This document shows, in pieces, positions 62,711-64,000 of a DNA stretch of 64,000 bases; positions within the stretch are counted from its first letter, which is position 1; each line of letters opens with the position of its first letter. The stretch comes from Anthoceros angustus (lineage: Eukaryota > Plantae > Anthocerotophyta), in NCBI GenBank assembly GCA_010909165.1, contig VJWM01000106.1:62001-126000 (forward strand). The letters are read 5' to 3'. The position numbers and the translations under genes are program-made. Below the pieces are notes generated by a model that had not been told where the DNA came from, made no database searches, and saw only the letters and a program-made list of their open reading frames with translations.

Positions 62711-63709
62711 CTAGCTCGAATCGCAGTTCCATTTAGATGTCGGCACGCAGGACAGGTAGTGACACCACTTGCAGCCCTTGTTCGGATTCACGCCCTTGAA
62801 TAAAAGAATAATAGCTGCAGCATACCCGGCCACGAGAAGAACGGCGGCCAAGATCCAGAGGGCGTACTGGTACTTCTTGTGCTTGGGCTTCACAGGCTCT
62901 CCAGGCGCGGCATCACGCTTATGCACCCACCCGAACTGAGGCCGGACAAGCAACACGAACCCGAGCAGCAATCCCGACACGAAACCTCCGAGATGCGCGA
63001 AATTGTCCACGCGAGGCATCAGCCCGAACGCAAGGTTGACGAGGATGATGAAGAGCAGGGAGCAGAGAGCGGTGCAGCGCCGAGTGTAGATAGACCAATT
63101 CACCAACAGCTCCGCAAGCGTAGCCCCTAGGAGACCAAACAAAGCACCCGACGCCCCGACAGAGATCAATGTCCGACTGAACAGCGCCGACAGCAGACTG
63201 CCTCCAAACCCGGACAGCAGGTAGATCAACCCTATCCTGATGAAGCCAAACTCCTGCTCCAGCCGGAGCCCGATGAACAACAAGCCGAGCATATTGGCCA
63301 GCAGGTGGAACAGCCCTGCGTGCAACCACATACAAGTGATAAGCCGCCATCCTTGATACCGGTATACCACCAACTGCGTGTCCAACGCTCCAAGGTTGAG
63401 CAGCGTGTCCGAAGACGGCCCTAAAAGCGGATTCTCCCGCCACGGCTGGAAAGAGAACCTCTTCAACCACCTCGCGATGCATCCATTAGCCGAGTTGACG
63501 GGGCAATCGTTCTTGTACATAGTGATCACAAACATCACAACGTTCGCCAACACAAACACCGGAACCAGCCACGTCCACCAGGTCGTCGGCTTCCTGCTGG
63601 CAGCCATGGTCTCCCCTGATCCCTGAGGGGGAGGAGACAGAGGATAAACACCGTTTCCCTTCCCTCTCTTCTTCAATGACCCGCTCCTTTCCACGTCGCC
63701 CGAGCTCAT
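62711..63709 (-). CDS. Rhomboid protease (plant RBL1-type), intronless
   Basis: FSFQPWRENPLLGPSS, WRLITCMWLHAGLFHLLANM, catalytic GASG and HLGG, CHYLSCVPTSKWNC. Confidence 0.92.
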   Translation of the reverse strand: MSSGDVERSGSLKKRGKGNGVYPLSPPPQGSGETMAASRKPTTWWTWLVPVFVLANVVMFVITMYKNDCPVNSANGCIARWLKRFSFQPWRENPLLGPSSDTLLNLGALDTQLVVYRYQGWRLITCMWLHAGLFHLLANMLGLLFIGLRLEQEFGFIRIGLIYLLSGFGGSLLSALFSRTLISVGASGALFGLLGATLAELLVNWSIYTRRCTALCSLLFIILVNLAFGLMPRVDNFAHLGGFVSGLLLGFVLLVRPQFGWVHKRDAAPGEPVKPKHKKYQYALWILAAVLLVAGYAAAIILLFKGVNPNKGCKWCHYLSCVPTSKWNCDSS

Positions 63710-64000
63710 TCTCCTTGCTGTCCCCCGTCCAACCTCCACCTCCCACTCCCCCTCCTCCCAAACACACGAATTCCCCCGCGCCACAACACGCAGATGCACA
63801 CACGATCAAGCCAGCCGCAATTGCACGCGAAATCCGAGCCACACAGACAGCCAGCGAGCGCTCCCGCCTTTACATCCCTACACACGATCACTCATCTTCG
63901 TTCCACCACAAGGCGATCAATCAGCTGACGCGCTTTCCCCTCCCCGGCCGCGGATTTCAAATCTGGCACTTCAGTTCTGCTCCCGGACACGGCGAGCGGC

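Overview
Eukaryotic land-plant DNA. Dense GC-rich genes with ~70-110 bp introns suggest a compact bryophyte/lycophyte genome (hornwort-like; inference). The window has two halves. (1) 1-43.3 kb is a nested transposon block. One minus-strand Ty3/Gypsy element (LTR ~42613-43304, gag-PR 40733-42332, PR-RT-RH-INT 15684-18281) is interrupted twice by DNA transposons. Two large multi-gene elements encode Sola2-type transposases (DFSQNY / WSDG / HGKGEHDGAG): A, 3383-13670, TSD ATAA; and B, 21824-38891. Each sits inside a smaller carrier element: C, arms 1-3382 and 13671-~15683; and D, 18286-40728, whose AGAG TSD restores the Gypsy protease frame when D is removed. The ends of A, B and D share GGGT-N4-GCA-N-G-S-T-W-W-GGT. 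(2) 44-64 kb is genic: a LINE fragment apparently splitting a tRNA-Gly gene, Psb27 plus an in-frame chimeric Psb27 duplicate, a DUF1997 gene, GALT1, an AT-rich island with an unusual single-DUF26 secreted protein, a tweety-related membrane protein, a bestrophin (VCCN/BST) and an intronless rhomboid. At least six microhomology-bounded tandem duplications (0.16-3.2 kb) occur. Many frameshifts look like long-read indel errors, so some coordinates and the reality of the duplications need read-level checks. All family assignments are from motif recognition, not database searches.
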